Assembly: GCF_963921235.1 (NCBI RefSeq)
Contig: NC_086097.1
Span: 29,080,001-29,144,000, forward strand
Direction of reading: 5' to 3'
Origin: Mobula hypostoma
Lineage: Eukaryota
Length of the DNA stretch: 64,000 nucleotides
Made by a program: the position numbers and the translations under genes. The notes under the pieces were generated by a model. The model saw nothing but the letters and a program-made list of their open reading frames with translations. It was not told the origin of the DNA and did not search any database. This document shows, in pieces, positions 39,601-53,215 of this stretch; within the stretch, counting starts at the first letter, position 1, and the number at the start of each line of letters is the position of its first letter.

Positions 39601-40899
39601 AGCCCCCAAGTGCCACCATGTTTCCGGCACAGACATTGCATTCTATTCCTAAATAGAACATCTTTGGAATGTGGGGGGAAACCAGAGAACCAAGAGGAAA
39701 CCCACGCTTTCATGGGGAGAATGTACAAAATCCTTCGAGACAGCGGCAGGAATTGAACCCCAATCTTACGGCTGGTGCCAACCACCACACTACCTTGCCA
39801 CTGTATAGGACACAGAACATAGAACACTAGAGCCCAGCAACAGGCCCTTCGGACTGCAATGTCTGTGCCAAACACAATGCTGTCTTAAACTAATCCATAT
39901 CCTTCCATTCTCTGCATACTTATTCATCTAACAGCCGCTTTAATGCCACTATCATATCTACTTTAAATTTCTTCCCTCTCACCTTCGATGCATGTACTCT
40001 AGTCTATGCCTCTCATAACAACTTAGGACGGGTCGGTAGTGTAGATGTTAGCATACCACTATTACAGTGCTGGTGACCCGGGTTCATTTACCACCACTGG
40101 CTGTAAAGAACCTGTACGTTTTCCCTGTGACCGTGTTTCCTCCCACATTCCAAAGATGTACAGGATGGTAGCTTAACTGGTCACAGAGGTGGAAGGGCCT
40201 ATTACAGTGCTCAGTCACTAAATAAAATAAAATAATTTTATAAAACTTCCATCAGGTCTCCCATCAGTCTCTAATACTCCAGAGAAAACAACCTAAGTCT
40301 ATCCAATCTCTCCCTAATAGCTCATACCCTCTCAGACCCTCATACCCTCTAATCAAAGGGCCTCAGGAATGAAGGAAAACAAAGGGGAGGAAGTAAGGAA
40401 CACTAAGGGGTTTGGATACCAGAAGTTAGTGCCTTCTCAACCCTTTTCTCCCCCTCACCTCCCTGATATCTTCCTCCTTCCTTTTTTTCCATCATCCAAT
40501 GCCCTCTCCTATCAGATTCCCTCTTCCTCATCCCTTTACCTTTTCCCCTATCCCCTCCCAGCTTCTTACTTCATCACCCCTCCTCCACCCACCCACCTCC
40601 CCACCTCCTCCCTCACCTGGTCTCACCTATCACTTGCCAGCTTCTGCTCCATCCTCTCCCCGCCCCCCCCCCACCTTCTCATTGTGGCTTCTGCCCCCCT
40701 TCCTTTCTCAGCCCAAAACGTTTTGACTGTTTATTTCCCTCCATGGATGCTGCCTGACACGTTAAGCTCCTTCAGCAGCTTGTGTGTGATGACCTTTGTG
40801 TTGTATTGTCTGATCTGTGGACTCTCGCTGATAGCAGACACTCCCTGCTTGAAAGCAGTGAGCATACTTTGAAAGTAGGCCATTGGTCACTTTAGAATA

Positions 40900-41640
40900 T
40901 TCTGTGCGGCTGATGAAACCATTGGATTTGGGAGCAGAATTAGGCCATTTGGCCCATCGAATCTTCTCCATCATTCCATCAACTCCATTCTCTTGCCTCC
41001 TCCACATAACTTTTGACACCCTTATTCATCAAGAACCTATCAAGCTCCACTTTAAATATACCCAGTGACTTGGTCTCCACAGCCGTCTGTGGCAATGAAT
41101 TCCACAGATTCACCACCCTCTGTGTTTCTGTCCTAAAGTAACTTCCTTCTATACTGTTCTGAAGGCTGTACCTTCTGGTCTTTGACTCACCCACTATCGG
41201 AAACATTCCCTCCATGTCCACTCTCTCTATGCCTTTCAATATTTGGTAAATTTCACTGAGATCTCCCCCTCATTCTTCTAAACTCCAGTGAGTATAAGCC
41301 CCGAGCCATCAAACACTCCTCATACATTGACCCACATTACCGTTACTCTTTACCATTAGTCCATAAGACATAGGGGCAGAATCAGGTCATTTTGTACCAT
41401 CAAGCTTGCTCCACCATTCCATCAGGGCTGATTTATTATCCCTTTCAACCCCATTCTTCTGCTTTCTCCCTACAACCTTATTCATCAAGAACCTATCAAT
41501 CTCTGCTTTAAATGTACCCAATGATTTGTCCTCCACAGCCGTCTGTGGTAATGAATTCTATAGATAAACAACCCTGTGGCTAAAGAAATTCCTCCTCATC
41601 TCTGTTGTAAAAGGATGTCCCTTTATCCTGAGGCTGTTCC
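40900..41640 (-). mobile_element. CR1 LINE 3' fragments in intron 2
   Basis: KGIERVDMEGMFPIVGESKTR...QRVVNLWNSLPQTAVE. Confidence 0.8.
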
Positions 41641-41736
41641 ATTTATTGATAGTCAGTAAAGACTCAATGGGATGAAGAGCCTTTCTCTGAGCTGAATCTC
41701 TCTGTGGTGCGCGCAATGTCTTTTTGTTTGGTTTAC

Positions 41737-41996
41737 CTCCACCTTCTCCTCACGGAGGTGAACCCTCCGAGCTAGCTGTTCTCTGGTGCCCACATCTGGG
41801 TACTTGGTTTCCTGGAAGAGGTTCTCCAAGGCTTCCAGCTGCTCGTCCGTGAAGATGGTCCTGTGGCGGCGTTTCCTCCGGCAGTGAAGCTGGTTCAGTA
41901 GCTGGAGGTCAGTGCGGGACAGGGCGCCCAGGCTCACGTAGGGCAACACCTGGGGGGCCATAGGGGAGAGGTAGGCTGAGGTCGCCCCTTCCAACC
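41737..41996 (-). CDS. gsc: goosecoid-family homeobox gene, exon 2 (homeodomain residues 1-46)
   Basis: Acceptor TTTCTCTTTGGCAG| at 41997. 260 nt encoding (G)[86 protein letters not shown]. Donor GAG|GTAAAC. The intron falls between homeodomain positions 46 and 47, as in PRD-class genes, and the phase matches exon 1. Confidence 0.97.
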
Positions 41997-42089
41997 CTGC
42001 CAAAGAGAAAGCAAACGTCAGCGCGCTGTAGAACTGAGTCACAGAAAGAGAGAAACATTCTATTAGTTCACCGGGACTCGAGGGTCATA

Positions 42090-43310
42090 GCGTCACAGCA
42101 CAGAAACGGGCCCTTCAGCCCATCTAAAAACCATTTAAACTGTCTTCTCCCAATGACCTGCACTGGGATCATAGTCCTCCATACCCCTACCATCCACATT
42201 ATCCAAAACTTCACTTAAACGTTGAAATTGAGCTTGCATGCTCCACTTGTGCTGGCAGCTCGTTCCACTCTCTCACCACCCTCTGAGTGAAGAAGTTTCC
42301 CCTTATGTTTCCATTAAACATTTCACCTTTCACCCTTAACTATGACCTCTGGTTGTAGTCTCACCCAACCTCAGTGGAAAAAGCCTCCTTGCTTTACCCT
42401 ATCTATACCTCCTCATAATTTTGTATATCTCTATCAAATCTCCTCTCAATCTTCTACGTTCTAAAGAACATAGTCCTAACCTATTCCTTATAACTCAGGT
42501 CCTTCAGACCCGGCAACATCCTTGTAAAATTTTCTCTGTACTCTTTCAACCTTGCTTACATCTTTCCTGTAGGTAGGTGACCGAAACTGTGCACAATACC
42601 CCAGATTAGGCCTCACCAATGTCTTTTACAACTTCAGTATAACATCCCATCTTCTGTCCTCAGTACGTTGAGTTATAAAGGCCAATGTGCCAAAAGCCTG
42701 AATTATGGACCTGTATTCCCAGATCCCCTTGTTCTACCACACTCCTCAGTGCTCTACCATTCACTGTGTAAGACCTACCCTGGTTGGTCCTACAGAAGTG
42801 CAAGACCTCGCACTTTTCTGTATTAAATTCCAACTGCCATTTCTCAGCCCATTCTTCCAGCTGGTGCAGATCTCTCTGCAAGCCATGTTTACAGAGAGAT
42901 GTTAAACCAGATGATAAGCCAGATTTACAGAGAGATGTTAAGACCATAAAATATAGGGAAAGAATTAGGCTATTTGGCCTGCTGCGCTATTCCATCATGG
43001 CTGATATATCATCCCTCTCAACCCATACTCCTGCCATATCCCCGTAACTTTTGACGCCCTTACTAACCAAAAACCTATCAACCTCATTTTAAATATACCC
43101 AATGACTTGGCTCCCACAGCTGTAAGTGGCAATGAATTCCACAGATTTGTCACCCCCAGGCTAAAGAATTTCCTCCTCACCTCTGTTCTAAAGGGACGTC
43201 CTTCTGTTCTGAGGCTGTGTCCTCTGGATCCTTTCCAAGCACAGCAAACCCTTTCTTAGAAAAGGGGCCCAAAACTGCTTGCAATACTCCAGATGCAGCC
43301 TGACCAAGGG
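42090..43310 (-). mobile_element. CR1 LINE fragments in intron 1
   Basis: LQRDLHQLEEWAEKWQLEFNTEKCEVLHF...GDLGIQVH. Confidence 0.8.
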
Positions 43311-46300
43311 CTTAAGCAGTTTGGGATGGTTTTCATTGGATCGTAGGAGAATGAGTGGTGATCACAGAGGGCAAAGGCTTAAGGTAAGTGGTGGGTTTTA
43401 ATGGGAACCTGGGGGGTAACCTCTTCACCCAGGGGACGGTCAGTATATGGAACAAGCTGCCAGAGGAAGTAGTTGAGTAAAAGTTTGCACTATTTATTCT
43501 ATTACATATACATTTTTATTATGAATGAGGTCTACTTTTGAAATTAGAAGATGTAAATGTTTGAGGCAGGTATGTTAACAGTATTTTAAAAACACTTGGA
43601 CAGAGAAATGGGTAGGAAAGATTTAGAGGGATCGGGACCAAATAATCATGATCAGCATGGGGATTGGGCTGAAGGGCCTGATTATGTCATAGTCATAGTC
43701 ATACTTCATTGATCCCGGGGGAAATTGATCTGTGATTCTGTGCAACTACAGCCAGAAGGAAGTCACATAGCCCATCTCAGAATGCAGAACGTAGAACATA
43801 GGAACCAGCTCTTCATCCCACAGTGTTTCCACTCATAACAAAATTGAAATATATTAAATCTCTTCTGCCTGCACATGATCCATATCCCCCCATTCCCTTC
43901 ATATTCACGTATCTCTTGAAAAGCCTTTCAAATGCCACCAGTGTATTGCTTGCATCTTTACATCTGGCAGTCCATTCCAGGCACCCAGCACTCTGAACTA
44001 AAAAACCTACCCAGCACATCTCTTTTCAACTTGCCCCTCTCACCTTAAATGCATGTCCTCTAGTGCTTGGCATATCTATCCTAGGAAAGAGATTCCGGCT
44101 GTCTACCCTGTCCACGCTTCTCATAATTCTATAAAGTTCTGTCAGGTCACCCTTCACTACAGAGAAAAAAAACAATTCTGGTTTGTCCAACCTCACCTCT
44201 AATCCAGGCAGCATCTCTTCTACACCTTCTGCAGAGCCTCAAATCCTCCCTGTAAGGGGGCGACCAGAACTGACTACGATAATCTAAGTGAGGACTAGCT
44301 GATATTGTATACAGCCACAATGTGATGTCACAACGTAAGTCAGCAGACATCTGACTGTGATTAACATCGACCATCATCATAGACCCCCACCATCCAGGAC
44401 ATACCCTCTCCTCACTGGCAGGAGGTACAACAAACCTTAGCTCCCACTTCACCAGATCTCGAACAGTTATTACACCTCAACCGTCAGGCTCCTGAACCGG
44501 CGTGAATAACTTCATTCTCCGCAACTCTGAACTGATTCTACAACCTTCAGATTCACTTTCAAGGCCTCTTTGCATCTTATGTTCTCAGTATTATTTTTTA
44601 ATTTGCACAATTTGTCTTCTGTTGCACATTGATCTTTGTTGATGTATAATTTTTCATAAATTCTATTGTTTTTATTTTTCCTGTAAATGTTGCAAGGAAA
44701 TGAATCTCAGAGTAGTGTATGGTAACATATACGTATTTGATAATAAATAAATGCACTTTTAATTTTGAATTTTAAAGTTAAAACATCAAAGTTCAAAGTA
44801 AATTCATTATCAAGGTATTTATATGTCACCATATACTACCCTGAGATTCATTTTCTGTGGGCATTCACTGCAGAACTACAAAAGATCTACAACAGAATCA
44901 ATGAAAATCTACACACAGAGACTGACAAATAACCAATGTGCAAAAGAAGTAATCTATGAAAATACAAAAACAAATAAATTAATAAGTAGATAGATAAATA
45001 AATAATACTGAGAATGTGAGCTGTAGGTGAGTCCATAGATTGTAGAATTGGTTCAGAGTTGAGGTGAGTGAAGTTATCTATGCTGGTTCAGATGCCTGAT
45101 GTTTGAAGGGTAATAACCGTTCCCGATCCCGGTGCGGGACTCGAGGCTCCTGTACCAGTAGTGAGTGGAGAGCGTGGCATGAGAACTTTGACATCTAATC
45201 AAGTGTCTACAATCCCGAGCCGATCTACAAATCACCATCATTTCCAGGTAAGGCTAGCTCCTCATCCACTTCACTGACACCAGTCATGAATCCCTCCAGC
45301 AGTCAGTCCTGGGGTGCTGTAAGCAGATATGATAATGACCTTCAAGAAGCATTTAGACAGACACACGAACGTGAAGGTAATGTGGGGATGTGAAGTTGTT
45401 CTCTCTTCCTCTCTTCCCGTCGGGCAGCAGATACAAAAGCCTGAAAGCATGGACCACCAGGCTTAAGTACAGCTTCTATGCCACTGTTATAAAGATTTAA
45501 CAATTAGCTTCATTTGTCATACTGTAGGTACATTGAAACATGAAATACTTTGTTTGTATCAATGACCAACACAGTCTGTGGATGTGCTGGGGGAAACGTG
45601 CAAGTGTCGCCATGCCTCAGGCACCAACATGGCACATCCAGAACTTATAGCACACCCTGACCCGAATGTCTTTGGAGTGTGGGAGGAAACCAGAGCACCC
45701 GGAGGAAACCCAAGCATCATGGGACAATGAATAAACCTTACAGCTAGTGGCAGGAATTAAATCCCAGTCTTACAGCCTGTACGGTAAAGCATTTATACTA
45801 ACCACTACGCCATCATGCTGCCCCTAAAAACATGGAACGCTTTGTGAATGTGCATGTCAAATATACTTGTACGGCTATTAAATAGTTTCCTAGTATGATA
45901 TCATAGACTCTTGACCTCCCAATCTTCCTAGTTGTAACCTCGCACCTTGGTTGCCAGCTCTGCACTTTCTCTGTTGCTGTTCCACTTTATTCTGCATTCT
46001 GTTATCGTTTTACCTTGTTCTACCTCAGTGCACTGTGTAATGATTTGATCTGTATGAAGCATGTGCAAGACAAGCTTTTCACTGTATCTCGGTACATGTG
46101 ACCATCCATGATCTGGACCGTGTGTGGGCAGAGGGGATGGGCTTCATTGGGCATGGTCAGTGCAGTCAAAGTGGGACGAGGAGCCTGTCCCTGTCTTGTG
46201 CCGTATGTCTGCCCCAATCCTTCGCTCCGCCCCTCGGGCTCTGCCTCATGAAAGTACAAAGTAACTGAGCAAAGCCAGGCATGTGTCAGAGTGAAGAGGA

Positions 46301-48099
46301 ACAGTGTGAAGCCGTAGCCTCCGGTCGGATCAGACACAAGAAGGGTTGCAGATGCTGAAATTAAACAACAGGCTAAAATTGCTGGAGGCAGGATTTTTTG
46401 TGTGTTGCTCTAATCAGGTTGGTTTTAAAACCAAAATAGAATCAGAATCAGAATCAGGTTTATCACCAATGACATATGTCATGAAATTTGCTGTGTTGCA
46501 GCAACAGTACAATGCTATACATAAAATACACTATAAATTACAGTTAGAAATATATATATAAAAAATAAGTAAGTTGTGCAAAAAATAGTGAGGTAGTGTC
46601 CATTCAGAAATATGGCAGAGAGGAAGAAGCTGTTCCTGAATCACTGAGTGTGTGTTTCCACTCTCCTTGATGGTAACAATGAGGAGAGGGTATGATGTTG
46701 AGGGCAGGGGTCCTTCTGAGGCATCAGCTTTTGAAGATGTCCTCCATGTTGTGCCCATGATGGACTTTGAGTTTACAACCCTCTGTGGCCTTTTCTGATC
46801 CAGTGCAGTGGCCCCTCCACAGCAGCTGGTGATGAAACCAGTCGGATTACTTTCCATGGTACATCTGTAGAAACTTGGTAGAGTTTTTGGTGACATCTCA
46901 AATCTCCTCAAACTCCTAATGAAGTATGTGCCTTCTTTGTAATTGCATCAATATATTGGGCCCACGATAGAGCTTCGGAGGTGACACCCAGAAACTTGAA
47001 AATGCTCACTCATTCCACTGCTGACCCCCCGATGAAGACTGGTGTGCATTCCCTTGACTTTATTTGTACAATGCCTTTTCATTCTTATATTTCTAAACAT
47101 TCTATTTAGTGCTCAAAAACACTGTTTAAGCCAAAAGTACTGTTGTCACTCATGTGGCCCCTGGGGTGGTAGACTATTACAATACTTGAGGGGCTTCGCA
47201 CCTAAACTGGCCCCTCCCTCTCCAGTAGCAGAAGAACCCCATACTGTGGTCCTCCCCCACCGGTGGCTGCATCGAGCACATAACCCCTGCAGCCTGGAAT
47301 GTGCCTGTCAGCAGCATTCCTCCGCCGGTGTAGCGATGTGCAGGCAGACCAAAGGGTGTTCCTCACAGAGTCTATTCAGATCAGATTGCCGTATCCACCA
47401 AGACGGGGCGCCATGAAATCATGGCGAAACGGCCACTTCTGGTGGTCAGATGTCAGGGTATGAGTCACCAGCACAACCTCACATTTGCCCCTGCACTCTT
47501 CACGGAACAGAATGTGCTGGTGATGAATTTAAGCAGCGGGATGCTCACATACCTACTCCCTGCTACCGAGTGGGAAAGGGAAGAAGCTGGAATAAGAGGG
47601 AAGGGGAGAAAGAGAGGGAGAATTATCCCACTCCCACTTCCCTCTCCTTCCACTCCCCACTCTGGCTTGCTTCTTACCTCTTCTCTTCTCCTCACCCACC
47701 CATCCCCTTCCCCTGGTGCCCCTCCTCCTTCCATGGTCCACTGTCCTCTCCTATCAGATTCTTTCTTTTTCAGCCCCTTATTCCATCTATTGGCTCCCAG
47801 CTTCTCACTTCATCCCTTCTCCCCTTCATCTACCCACCTTCTCCTCATCAGTGATCTTCTAGCTTGAACTCCTTCCCTTTCCCCCGCCATCTTATTCTGG
47901 CCCACCCCCTCTCCACTCCTCGTGAAGCATCTTGGCCTGAAACACTAACCGTTTATTCCATTCCATAGATGCTGCCTGACCTGCTGAGTTCCTCCAGTAT
48001 CTTGTGTGTGTCACTCTGGATTTCCAGCATCAGCAGGATCTCCTGTGTTTCTAATCAAGCACCATTCTGCTCATCAATCTAAACAGTCAACCAGTTTTA

Positions 48100-48920
48100 A
48101 AGCATTGGGCCCACTACCTTTCACATTATATGTCAATGATTTGGATGATAGAATTGATGGCTTTGTAGCTAACTATACAGATGATACAAAGATAGGTGGT
48201 GGGGCAGTTAGTGTTGAGCAGGGAGTCCGCAGGAGGACTTGGGCAGATTCGGAGAATGAGCAGAGAAGTGGCAGATGGAATACAGTATCTGAAATTGTAT
48301 GGTCATGCACTTTGGTAGAAGGAATTAAGGCGTAGTCTATTTTCTAAATGGGAAGCAAAATCAGAAATTGGAAGTGCAAAGGGACTTGGGAGTCCTAGTG
48401 CAGAATTCCCTAAAGGTTAACTTGCCAGTTGTGTTGGTAATAAGGAAGGCAAATGCAATGCTAGCATTCACTTCGAGAGGATTAGAATATAAAAGAAAGG
48501 ATGCAGTGCTGAGTTTTTATCGGGCATTGTTCAGACTGTATTTGGAGTAGTCTGAGCAGTTTTGGGTTGCATTTCTAGCATAGCATTGGAGAGGTTCAAG
48601 AGGAAGTTTACGATAATCCTTGGAATGAAAGAATTAATACTTGAGAAAAATTGATGCCTCTGGGAGGCTGTATTCACTGGAGTTTAGGATATTGGGGGTG
48701 GGGGATCTCATTGAAACCTAAGGAATTCTTTGCCACAGATGGCTGTGGAGGCTGGGTCATGGGTATATTTAAAGTGGAGGTTGGTACGATCCTGATTAGT
48801 AAGGGCATCAAAGTTATCGGGACAATGGCATTGAAAGGGAAAGTAAATCAGCCATGATCAAATGCTGGAGCAGACTCGATGTGCTGAATGACCTAATTTC
48901 TTATGGTCTTATGGTTTTAT
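48100..48920 (+). mobile_element. CR1 LINE fragment
   Basis: LGPLPFTLYVNDLDDRIDGFVANYTDDTKIGG and QRDLGVLVQNSLKV. Confidence 0.8.
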
Positions 48921-51900
48921 GATTTTATGACAGATCATTGTTCTTGTTAACTATTTTCCCTCCTCGGATGCTGCCTGACCTGCTGAGTATCTTCAGTACG
49001 TTCTGATTTTGTTTCAGATTTCCGGCATCTGCATCTACTTCCCTTCTACCATCTGGTTCTTGAAGCAATCTCCACATCTCTAATCACTGCCTTGTTATAG
49101 CAACACTGTGACCACTTTGCACTACAATGGACTTAGTATTGTTGTTCTAATTGTGCTCTTTAGAGTCATAGTAATATAGGCCCTCCAGCCCAACCAGTTC
49201 ATGCTGACCACACTGTCCACTCAGCTAGTTCCAATTTCTTGCGTTCAGCCCATATCCCTGCGAGCCGCCCCTCCATGTAGCTATTCAAGTGCCTCTTAAA
49301 TGATACTATCATACCTGCCTCAACCACTTCCTCTGGCAGTTTGTTCCAACACTCCCCACCCTCTGCGTGAGAAAGTTGTCCTTCAGGTCCCTTTTAAATC
49401 TTTCCCCTGTCACCCTAAATCTATGCCCCCCAGTTTTGGACTCCCCTACCCAGGGGGAAAGACTGCCCAACTTAGCTTTGCGTCCCAGCCTTGCCAGCCT
49501 TTCTCTGTAGCTAAGGCCCTTTATTCACGGTAACTTTCTTGTAAATGTACTCTTTCCGATTTAACCACGTCCCTTTTAGGGAGACCAAAACTGTACAAAG
49601 CATTATTTGTATAATTTTTATGATTTTCTTGTGAATGTTGTGTTTCTCATGCTCTGTGCTTGCGACGCTGCCGCAAGTAAGTTTTTCATTGCACCTGTGT
49701 ACACACGTACTTGTGCAGATGTCAATAAACGCTATCTGAATTAATTTATGTTCATCCTTAACCAAATCTCCTCGATCAGTTGGTATTTATTCAAACACTC
49801 TGTCGGGTCATTTTTCTTCTTTTTTTTAAAAAAAGCGACGACATTAGAAATATTTCCAACTCAACGGGGCGATTCTCAAATCAATAGGGTTTTGAAAGAT
49901 TCGGACCCTCCGCATTCTCCTCACTCAAACTCTTCCAGTGGCCTGGGTTAGAAACCATCAGATCCCGCTCACTTAATCTATCCAGGCCCCATTACAGCCC
50001 CATTGCAGATTTAAGAAGTTTACCAAATCAATTTGCCACTTTGAATTAAATTTAGTTCATTTTCAACCGCACGCTGTAAATTATAATTTGATTTATTTGG
50101 TTCTCTTCCGAGAATTCCGAGAACTAATGAGACATACCAACAACAACAGCCACGTTCGCTTCGTTATATTTGTCTCTAATTCCAACTCATTCTAAAATGT
50201 GATTACATGCCCGCTTCCCGGGGAGAAGGTAAAGGATCAACGTTTTATGGCCAATTTCTTCCCCTCTTCCATCAGATTTCTCTATGGCCCATGAACCACT
50301 GAGCACTACCCCGCTACTTCCCTTTTGCTCTACGTAGTGTTCGTTTTCTCTAATTATGAATTACAGTATTTCTATATACTGTTCTGCACGGCTGCCACAA
50401 AAGTAATACATTTCACGACATATATCAGTGATAATAAACCTGATTCTGATTTAACTATTACAGCGAGGAGGTACAGGGGCCTGAAGACAGACACTCAACA
50501 CTTCTTCCCCTCCGCCATCAGATTTCTGAAGGGGAAATGAACCCAAGAACTGTTACTCGCTTTTTGCACTGTGTGTGTGTGTGCCCTGATGCTGTTTCTG
50601 ATTTTACTATTACAGAATCCCCTTTATCTGCCTGAAATTACGTTTTGTTTCCACAGCCGTTGTAATGCCGTCGTTAACAATTTTACGCGTTGCTTTTATA
50701 TTACGTGGCTGTAGTTTGCGTGTTGTGCCTTTTTATATTATATGCCGAGTTTGTTTTAAATTTTCTCTTCTGCAAGCTTTCAATATCCACGTTGCTTTCA
50801 CACACATGGCGCTAATCGCCCTTTGTCAATAGTCTCCTACCGCTGTCTCTCACGCTTAATTTTGCCTCATGTATTGATCTTTGCTGAAAATATGTGGGTA
50901 ACGTTTGCTCTGTTGCGCTGTAAATTGGTCTCGAACTGAGCCAAAACTTGTCTGACAACCTCCTGGAGTTTCACTGTGTTCTCACCTACTCAGACGGGAT
51001 TACCCTGCCCGATGTGAGGTCTTATTTAAAACCCAAACTAATAGGTTAAACCAGCAACAACAATCACATTCGTTTAATTATGTTTGTCCCTAATTCCAAC
51101 TAATTCTCGCCGAGTTAATTAATTCTCCCTCCCTCTCCCTCCTTAAATTCAATATTGTCTCTTAACCGATTAATTCTTAAACGTCAGGAAATTGTCATGG
51201 GTATCCATTGTAATCTAACCTCTCTCGGCGACCCGCCTTTGGTCAGCTCCCGACCCTTATCCCGGGACCGGGGAGTCCCTCGACACCGTTGGGCAAAAAT
51301 ACCTCACACACAAAGTGTTGGAGAAACTCAGCCAGTCAGGCGGAATCTACGGAGGGGAATAAAGATTCTACGTTTTGGTCCGAAATCCTGTATGTGGCGA
51401 CACTTGTGGGCTGCCCCCAACACATCAATAGAGTCATTGCGATAGAATAGTACAGCATCGAAACAGCCGCCTCGGCCTATTCAGTCCATACCGAACTATT
51501 AATCTGAATAATCCAATCGATCTGCATCCGGAGCACAGCCTTGCATATCCTCCCATCCACGTACCTATCCGAATTTCTCTTAAATGTTGAAATCGAGCCC
51601 GCATTCCCCATTTTCGCGGGAAATTCGTTCCACACCCACACCTCCCTCTGAGTTAATAAATTCCCCTCCTTAAATATTTCACCTTTCACCCTTAAACCAT
51701 GACTTCTAGTTCCAGTCTCACCCACCCTCCGCGGAAAAAACCTGCTTGCATTTATCCACATCCTCGGGGACCCTTGGCACATTTCACTCTATGTTTCGAT
51801 GTACACGTGATAAATAAATCAGAATCTCGAGTTTTGGCTGTTTATTCCCCTCCATAGATGCTGCCTGATTTGCTGACTTCCTCCAGCACTTTGTCCGCGT

Positions 51901-52354
51901 GTTGCTCAAGACTTCCAGCACCTTATGTTTATGATTCAGGGTCGGAGAGCGCGCCGCTTTGATGGGAAATCGCGTTTCGCGGATCAATCGATCAATATTT
52001 CTCATGTTCATAGTTCAACAGAGAATGGAATTTAAACAGGAGGCATGTTTTACTTTCCACATTGGACAGCTAAATGAAAACCGCACTGCGTAAGGGCAAA
52101 CGTTTATATTATTACTAAATACGTAAAACTCTGGAAACAAAGAGCGGGTTCGACCTGTAACATTAACCATTTGTTTCTCTTTCATCAGATCTGTATCCGC
52201 CACTTTCTGTTTGTTTTTAATTTAACGTTATCGGAAACTGACATGATTGATACATACACAATCACGTTTAGTATTTTGATGGGAGACGTATCGAAAAACA
52301 TCGAAATACTAAGAAACGAACATCTATTTTAAATCGATCCAAATTTAGATTAAA

Positions 52355-52500
52355 ATTTCAAACAACACAGATCAAAGTTGCTGGTGAACGCAGCAGGCCA
52401 GGCAGCATCTCTAGGAAGAGGTACAGTCGACGTTTCAGGCCGAGACCCTTCATCAGGACTAACTGAAGGAAGAGTTAGTAAGAGATTTGAAAGTGGGAGT
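52355..52500 (-). mobile_element. short Penelope-like pseudo-LTR fragment in intron 1
   Basis: Near-identical to 6355-6495. Confidence 0.8.
52425..52460 (-). ncRNA. minimal hammerhead ribozyme motif, sense to gsc intron 1
   Basis: Minus strand AGTC-CTGATGA-A-GGGT(CTCG)GCCT-GAAA-CG-TC-GACT; core intact. Confidence 0.7.
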
Positions 52501-53215
52501 TTTGAAAATTTCAAATTCAGGTTTATTATCACCGACATATGTCGTGAAGTTTGTTGTTTTGCGGCGCAGTACAGCGCAAGACATAAAATATTCCAACTAC
52601 CCCACAATAAGAAATTTTAAAAAATAAATAAAGAGCGCAAACATATAGCCAAGTAGTGAATTGGTGTTCAGGAAACTGATCCGCAGATCTGATGATAGAT
52701 CGTAGTTTAGAATTCGCTCAACCCTAAACAGAGGTCAGTGATCTGTGGCCTGTGACGTGTAATTGGTAAATGTTCCTTTTGTTATTATTGTCACATTATT
52801 GTGATTGCCAATACTGAATGGCATCTGTTTAAGGCGAGTGGAGGAAAAGTTTAGGGGAATGTGGGAGGTAGTTTTTTTTTTACACAGATAATGGAGGGTG
52901 CCTGGGAGGACTGATATTACAGAGATTTCTGAGACTTGGACACTGGCATTGAAAACAGAGGGTTACATAGGAGGGAAGCTCGTCAGTCGGCACAACATAC
53001 TATTCTATGTATCGAGACACAATGAAAAGCTTTCGAATGCTTTCGATCCAGACAGATTTTAGGTTTTGACAAGTCAATTTCCTGACACGTTTACAACAAA
53101 AAAAACCGCCCCAGTCCCACGTCTAACCTTGCGCGAAAGCAGGCTGAAAGCGCACGTAAACCGAGTCTCCCTCCGCCTGAACATGGTACAAAGTGAGCGA
53201 GCGAGAGTGAGTTAC

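Noticed and set aside
39591..39607. AGAAGTATTCAGCCCCC resembling the Tc1 TIR
   Set aside because: Too short, no partner TIR or TA-CAGT terminus; may be chance.
41653..42042. Single-exon 129-aa homeobox ORF as listed in the track
   Set aside because: The ends are intronic read-through; canonical splice sites delimit 41996-41737 and the homeodomain is completed by exon 3.
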